From Oligoflexales bacterium (GTDB taxonomy: Bacteria; Bdellovibrionota_B; Oligoflexia; Oligoflexales; CAIYRB01): 64,000 bases of DNA. Each line of letters starts with the position of its first letter. Position 1 is the stretch's first letter. The stretch is taken from positions 1-64,000 of the forward strand of contig JBGSUI010000188.1 of the NCBI GenBank assembly GCA_041736175.1, read 5' to 3'. Shown in pieces: positions 58,936 through 64,000 of this stretch. The translations under genes were made by a program, and so were the position numbers. The notes beneath the pieces were generated by a model that was not told where the DNA came from, did not search any database, and saw only the letters and a list, made by a program, of their open reading frames with translations.

Positions 58936-59151
58936 CTATGATTTCTTAGACTTAGACTTGTTTTGGTTCTTAGCGGTTAGCACTCTTGCCAATGATTTCC
59001 TAAGGCCCTTTGCCGACTTCCTCTTACCTTTGATCCCATAAATATCGAGCTTGCCGACATTCATTTGAAGACGCAAACCCTTCTCAGCCTGAGTCAATTC
59101 AGTGGCATTGAGTTTTAACATTTCGCTATAGGTTAGCTTTTCGTGTTCCAT
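58936..59151 (-). CDS. rpmC: 50S ribosomal protein L29 (divergent)
   Basis: Position between rplP and rpsQ; RKSLARVLT motif. Confidence 0.8.
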   Translation of the reverse strand: MEHEKLTYSEMLKLNATELTQAEKGLRLQMNVGKLDIYGIKGKRKSAKGLRKSLARVLTAKNQNKSKSKKS

Positions 59152-59174
59152 AACTTTATTTCTCCGGTCTTATC

Positions 59175-59597
59175 TCAGACCCAGGGGTCTAGGCCTTTTA
59201 TGATTAATTTGGTCCGAATGGGAAGTTTCGAAGCGGCTAAACTGAGGGCCTGGGTAGCCGTCTCTTTATCTACACCATTCATCTCATAGATAATGCGCCC
59301 AGCCCTGATTCTTGCTTCGTAATGGTCGATCGCGCCTTTACCGCCACCCATACGTACCTCGGCTGGTTTTTTCGAAATAGGAAAGTGGGGAAAAATCTTA
59401 ATCCAGACCTGCCCACCTCTTTTTATGTGTCGGGTCATGGCAATACGTGCAGCCTCAATTTGCCTGGCTGTGACGCGCCCATTTTCCGCGGCCATAATCC
59501 CGAAATCACCGAAAGCAAGGTCGCTTCCTTTGGAGGCTTTCCCGGTAATCTTTCCCCGGAACGACTTCCGGTGTTTCATTTTCTTTGGAGATAACAT
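59175..59597 (-). CDS. rplP: 50S ribosomal protein L16
   Basis: QIEAARIA and RMGGGKG motifs. Confidence 0.98.
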   Translation of the reverse strand: MLSPKKMKHRKSFRGKITGKASKGSDLAFGDFGIMAAENGRVTARQIEAARIAMTRHIKRGGQVWIKIFPHFPISKKPAEVRMGGGKGAIDHYEARIRAGRIIYEMNGVDKETATQALSLAASKLPIRTKLIIKGLDPWV

Positions 59598-59609
59598 GCC
59601 CCTAGCTCC

Positions 59610-60257
59610 TTACTGTACCGTGTCAAAGACTTCGCCTCGGAAAATCCATACCTTCACACCGATCAGGCCATAGGTCGTCATGGCCTCAGCGGTTGCATAA
59701 TCGATATCTGCACGCAGCGTATGCAAGGGGACGCGCCCTTCCATGTAACGCTCGGTTCTGGACATATCTGCCCCACCCAATCTTCCCGCACACTGAACTT
59801 TTACACCTTTGGCGCCAGCTTTAATTCCTGAAGTGATCGCTTTTTTCATCGCGCGACGGAAAGAAACCCTTCTTTCTAACTGCTGCTTCACGCTCTCGGC
59901 GAGGAGCTTAGCTTCTACATCTGGTTTCTTAACTTCAAAAACCTTTAAGACTGGCTCACCTGATTTTATTTTGCAGTGCTTTATGAGCTCATCTTTAAGG
60001 GTTTCTGCTCCTGAGCCCTTCTTGCCAATGATCACACCAGGACGTGCGCTATAAATATTCACCGTAAGATTCTTGGCAGCTCTTTCGATCTCAATTCGGG
60101 CTATGCCAGCAGCATCGAACTTCTTAGCCACATACTGCCTTATCCGAATATCTTCCATCAAATTGATAGGATAATCTCTTTTGTTTGCATACCATCGGGA
60201 GGACCAAGTTCTTGTAGTCCCCAGACGAAACCCTACTGGATTAACTTTTTGTCCCAA
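59610..60257 (-). CDS. rpsC: 30S ribosomal protein S3
   Basis: GQKVNP.GFRLG and [14 protein letters not shown] motifs; TTG start. Confidence 0.98.
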   Translation of the reverse strand: MGQKVNPVGFRLGTTRTWSSRWYANKRDYPINLMEDIRIRQYVAKKFDAAGIARIEIERAAKNLTVNIYSARPGVIIGKKGSGAETLKDELIKHCKIKSGEPVLKVFEVKKPDVEAKLLAESVKQQLERRVSFRRAMKKAITSGIKAGAKGVKVQCAGRLGGADMSRTERYMEGRVPLHTLRADIDYATAEAMTTYGLIGVKVWIFRGEVFDTVQ

Positions 60258-60276
60258 AGCACATCTCCCTAATGGA

Positions 60277-60615
60277 TTAAATCTCTTTTAACTTGATTGT
60301 TATATGTGAGGTGCGTTTCTGAATAGGGGTCGCCCTTCCCTGTGCACGTGGTAACCATCTCTTTAAGGACGTCCCCCCATCCACGAAGCCTTCGGAGACA
60401 ATAAGTCTATCAACATCGACAGTCGCTTTATTGGTCGCATTGGCTATCGCCGACACTATCATTTTCGCTACGATCGGAGCAGAACGCTTATTGGTATTTT
60501 TTAATAATTCTAGCGCATACTGCACTGGTTTACCTTTGACAAGATTAACCACCAATCGGACTTTTCGAGGTGCTATTCTCAAATTCTTTAACACTGCCTT
60601 TGATGCCTCTGCCAT
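60277..60615 (-). CDS. rplV: 50S ribosomal protein L22
   Basis: PRKVRLV, PRAQGRA and KRTSHIT motifs. Confidence 0.98.
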   Translation of the reverse strand: MAEASKAVLKNLRIAPRKVRLVVNLVKGKPVQYALELLKNTNKRSAPIVAKMIVSAIANATNKATVDVDRLIVSEGFVDGGTSLKRWLPRAQGRATPIQKRTSHITIKLKEI

Positions 60616-60655
60616 ACCAACACTCCCTTTGACTCGCTAAACTTCACTCAATCTC

Positions 60656-60943
60656 TCATTTCGCTGCTGGAGATGCACTCTTGACTTTTCGGTCTCCAGA
60701 GTGGCCGATAAAGGTTCTGGTTGGTGAAAATTCACCTAACTTATGTCCAACCATATTCTCGGTCACATAGACTGGGATAAACTTCTTGCCATTATGAACC
60801 GCAAAGGTCAAGCCAACAAAATCCGGTATGATTGTTGAACGTCGAGACCAGGTTTTGATTGGCTTTTTGTCTTGCCGAGCCTGCTCTGCTTTTTTTATAA
60901 GGTACTCGTCAAGAAACGGACCTTTCTTTACTGAACGAGACAA
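60656..60943 (-). CDS. rpsS: 30S ribosomal protein S19
   Basis: RS.KKGPF and [12 protein letters not shown] motifs. Confidence 0.98.
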   Translation of the reverse strand: MSRSVKKGPFLDEYLIKKAEQARQDKKPIKTWSRRSTIIPDFVGLTFAVHNGKKFIPVYVTENMVGHKLGEFSPTRTFIGHSGDRKVKSASPAAK

Positions 60944-60966
60944 TGGTAATACCTCCGAATATTCGT

Positions 60967-61812
60967 TTACTTGACCCGAGATTCACGACGCTTTGCGGCG
61001 CGACGAATGATATCTTTGTCGGTTCGCTTGTTTTTACGAGTTTTATAACCTTTTGTAGGCTGTGCCCATGGAGAAACAGGATGGCGACCACCGGACGTTT
61101 TTCCCTCACCACCACCATGGGGGTGATCGATTGGGTTCATTGCCACCCCACGCACGGTCGGTCTGATTCCCAACCATCGGGAGCGACCAGCTTTACCTAT
61201 AGAGACGTTGATCTGTTCCTGGTTGCTTACCGAACCAATCGTGGCCATACACTCTTCTTGAACCCGCCTCATCTCGCCGGATGGCATCTTAAGCTGGGCC
61301 CAACCATCGACACGTCCCACTAACTGGCAGCGGGCACCGGCTGATCGAACCATTTTTGATCCGCCACCTGGCCTAAGCTCAATATTGTGAATATCAACAC
61401 CATAAGGAATCGACTTTAACGGCATTGCATTGCCGACTTTCACATCTGCTTTTTCTGAAGCAACGACTTTCATACCCTTTTGAAGCTGATCGGGGGCTAT
61501 GATGTACCGCCGCTCACCATCGCTATACAAGACTTTCGCAATAAATGCCGTGCGATTAGGATCGTATTCAATGGTCTCAACGATTCCTACAATATCTCTT
61601 TTATCGCGCTTCCAATCGATAATTCGATACTTTTGCCGACTACCGCCGCCTTTATGCCTTACGGTGATGCGGCCTTGATTGTTCCGTCCGGCGTTCTTTT
61701 TAAGACTGACCGTTAAAGAAGCAAGTGGTTCAACTTTATCAAGGTGAGAGTAGTCCACCGTTGACATTCCGCGTCGACCAGGAGATGTAGACTTATATTG
61801 TTTCGTGGCCAT
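60967..61812 (-). CDS. rplB: 50S ribosomal protein L2
   Basis: EYDPNRTA and [17 protein letters not shown] motifs. Confidence 0.98.
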   Translation of the reverse strand: MATKQYKSTSPGRRGMSTVDYSHLDKVEPLASLTVSLKKNAGRNNQGRITVRHKGGGSRQKYRIIDWKRDKRDIVGIVETIEYDPNRTAFIAKVLYSDGERRYIIAPDQLQKGMKVVASEKADVKVGNAMPLKSIPYGVDIHNIELRPGGGSKMVRSAGARCQLVGRVDGWAQLKMPSGEMRRVQEECMATIGSVSNQEQINVSIGKAGRSRWLGIRPTVRGVAMNPIDHPHGGGEGKTSGGRHPVSPWAQPTKGYKTRKNKRTDKDIIRRAAKRRESRVK

Positions 61813-61835
61813 AGGCTGGTACCTTTTACTCCGGC

Positions 61836-62123
61836 TTATTTTACTTGAAAGATGTCGATATTTGAGTCTTTGCTAAGAGACACTACAGCTTTTTTCCAAT
61901 TAGATCTCTTGGATTGACGAGCCCCTCGCTGGACTATTTTCCCGCGAATGATCGAAGTGTTCACAGCAAGTGCCTTCACTCCAAAGACCACTTCGATAGC
62001 CTTTTTAACGTCTTCCTTGGTCGCTTTAGGCTGTACAGCAAATGAAAATTGATTGAATTTTTTTCTGCTGCGTTCACCTTTTTCAGAGGTGATGGGCTTT
62101 ATAAGTACATTATATGGATTCAT
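61836..62123 (-). CDS. rplW: 50S ribosomal protein L23
   Basis: PITSEK and WKKAVV motifs. Confidence 0.96.
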   Translation of the reverse strand: MNPYNVLIKPITSEKGERSRKKFNQFSFAVQPKATKEDVKKAIEVVFGVKALAVNTSIIRGKIVQRGARQSKRSNWKKAVVSLSKDSNIDIFQVK

Positions 62124-62749
62124 TCTTTTGTCTCCTGAAATCTTTGGGCAAGCGAACTTAGTGCTGTCTCGCTAATGATAAGGTGCTCATAGCGAAGAAC
62201 ATTCTCTGCATTGATCTCACCTGGAGGTAAGACTTTGGCGCCGTATAGGTTTCTCGCAGATTTATAAAGAACATCATCTTTGCGTTCGTCTGCCAGCAGC
62301 GTTTTCGTTGCTTTAAAGTTTTCGATAAGCTTACGAATCTGCTTGGTTGAGTACTTTTCGATCGCAAAGTCGTTTACCACTATCAATCGATCGTGTCTTA
62401 CCTTGTCGCTGAGGGCTACCTTAAGGGCCAACCGTCGAGCTTTTTTTGTTGTGTACTGGCGGTACGACCTAGGTTGTGGGCCGTGGGCCTCGCCACCACC
62501 GGGCATATGGGGGTTACGAAGACTCCCTTGACGGGCCCCACCGGTGCCTTTTTGTTTGAAGGGCTTTTTCCCTCCACCAGATACGAAAGCCTTCGTCTTA
62601 GTGGCATGGGTACCCTGGCGCCGATTGGCCTGATAAGCTTTGACCACCGAGTGGAGAATGGCTTCATTCATCTCGACATTGTAAATGTCATCAGGCACCT
62701 GGATGGTTTTGATTTTCGAGGCTTCGATGTTATAGACATTCAATTCCAT
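62120..62749 (-). CDS. rplD: 50S ribosomal protein L4
   Basis: RQGTHATK and KPFKQKGTGGARQGS motifs. Confidence 0.98.
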   Translation of the reverse strand: MELNVYNIEASKIKTIQVPDDIYNVEMNEAILHSVVKAYQANRRQGTHATKTKAFVSGGGKKPFKQKGTGGARQGSLRNPHMPGGGEAHGPQPRSYRQYTTKKARRLALKVALSDKVRHDRLIVVNDFAIEKYSTKQIRKLIENFKATKTLLADERKDDVLYKSARNLYGAKVLPPGEINAENVLRYEHLIISETALSSLAQRFQETKE

Positions 62750-62763
62750 GGTTTACGCCTCAC

Positions 62764-63432
62764 TTAAGATTTCTTAACCGCTTTGGGTTTTTTAGCTTTG
62801 ATCGATGGTCTTATCACTAAAAATCCATCCTTGTGACCTGGTACAGATCCCCTGACCGCAATCACCCGACTCTCTTGATCGAGATCTAAAACATCGAGGT
62901 TTAAGATCGTAACCTGCTCTGAACCGTACTGACCTGGCTGGTGCCGATTCTTCATCACTCGACCCGGGGTCGATCTCATACCCAATGAACCAGGGGAACG
63001 ATGGAATCTAGAACCGTGGGACATGCGACCCACTGCTGAATTCCAACGAACGTGGGCACCGGAGAATCCACGACCTTTGGTAATCCCTGTGATATCGATC
63101 GCTTTGACGTCCTGGAGCAGATTTGAAAAATCAATTGCTTGGCCAAGCTCAGGAGCGGCAGTTCCAGGGACTAAGCGAAACTCCTGGTAGCGGATGAATT
63201 TCTCCTCGACTCCTGCCTGACTTAGTCTTCCCAGGTCGGCTTTATTAAGGTGTTTTTCACCCTTAGCATAGAATCCCACCTGAACAGCTTCGTAGCCGTC
63301 TTTTTCTAAGGTTAGTTTTTTTGTGACCTTTTGCTGCTCGACTTGCAAGAGTGTCACTGGTGTCACTCGTCCTTGTGCGTCGACCATTCTGGTCATTCCG
63401 ATTTTCTTAGCGATGAGTCCGGCTGTTGTCAT
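62764..63432 (-). CDS. rplC: 50S ribosomal protein L3
   Basis: KIGMT, DGYEAVQ, HGSRFHR.PGS and GSVPG motifs. Confidence 0.98.
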   Translation of the reverse strand: MTTAGLIAKKIGMTRMVDAQGRVTPVTLLQVEQQKVTKKLTLEKDGYEAVQVGFYAKGEKHLNKADLGRLSQAGVEEKFIRYQEFRLVPGTAAPELGQAIDFSNLLQDVKAIDITGITKGRGFSGAHVRWNSAVGRMSHGSRFHRSPGSLGMRSTPGRVMKNRHQPGQYGSEQVTILNLDVLDLDQESRVIAVRGSVPGHKDGFLVIRPSIKAKKPKAVKKS

Positions 63433-63523
63433 TCCTGCAACCTGCCATTATTACTATGTGTTAAAGTCAAAGACGTTCCATTCAGGTTCGTCACATTTTC
63501 GATTCTTTTTTTAGGATGATGTC

Positions 63524-63835
63524 TCAATAGAGTTTAATCTCGACGTCTACCCCAGAAGCAAGGTCAAGCTTCATCAAAGCATCGATGGTTTGCTGCTTTG
63601 GCTCCAAAATGTCGATCAACCTCTTATGGGTGCGCACTTCGAACTGCTCACGAGACTTTTTATCCACGTGAGGACTTCTTAACACCGTAAAGCGATTGAT
63701 GCCAGTGGGGAGGGGGATAGGACCTGCGACTTTAGCTCCCGTTCGTTTTGCCCGTTCCACAATGTCGGCTGCGGACTGGTCAAGGAGTCTGTAGTCATAA
63801 CCTCGCAGGCGGATTCTGATTTTTTGATTTTCCAT
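63524..63835 (-). CDS. rpsJ: 30S ribosomal protein S10
   Basis: GPIPLPT and [14 protein letters not shown] motifs. Confidence 0.98.
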   Translation of the reverse strand: MENQKIRIRLRGYDYRLLDQSAADIVERAKRTGAKVAGPIPLPTGINRFTVLRSPHVDKKSREQFEVRTHKRLIDILEPKQQTIDALMKLDLASGVDVEIKLY

Positions 63836-64000
63836 AACAATCGCCTCTTGGATTACTCTCGATCTTGCTGGATCACATTAAAGGAAAGATACTCAGGGTG
63901 GGCTCTGTATGATGCAGAGGTCGGCATTCGACAGCGAGGGGCCAATGGTGGCACTCGGTGGCAGAGGCTTGCTCAACGCAGGCTTACCTGAGGACGATCG

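Overview
Bacterial chromosomal window; gene content and style suggest a Bdellovibrionota/Oligoflexia-like organism (inference). The right quarter (49.3-63.8 kb, minus strand) is the S10-spc-alpha ribosomal protein cluster from rpsJ to rplQ. It includes rpmJ, which the ORF track misses, but has no rplX between rplN and rplE. The rest is housekeeping and envelope genes: comEC, pyrF, TetR, outer-membrane barrels, mak, GH2 beta-mannosidase, recN, SNF2 helicase, P-type ATPase, PAS histidine kinase, rlmN, two sulfatase-superfamily proteins, HD-GYP and lptG. Several small accessory loci are interspersed. (1) An AT-rich two-gene cassette encodes a small ADP-ribosyltransferase-fold-like protein and a DUF6575-like protein; this is a candidate defence/TA system. 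(2) An AAA-wHTH ATPase is preceded by five TGACT(C/A)A-type sites at exact 14-bp spacing. (3) A tight operon encodes apparently degenerate thiolase-like and FadB-like proteins plus a TPR protein. (4) A 3.2-kb islet bounded by a 46-bp direct repeat carries a GC-rich, mycobacterial-like AbiEi/AbiEii pair. (5) A candidate structured sRNA lies at about 22.36-22.64 kb. No rRNA, tRNA, CRISPR array, integrase or transposase was seen. Family assignments come from motif recognition, not database searches.
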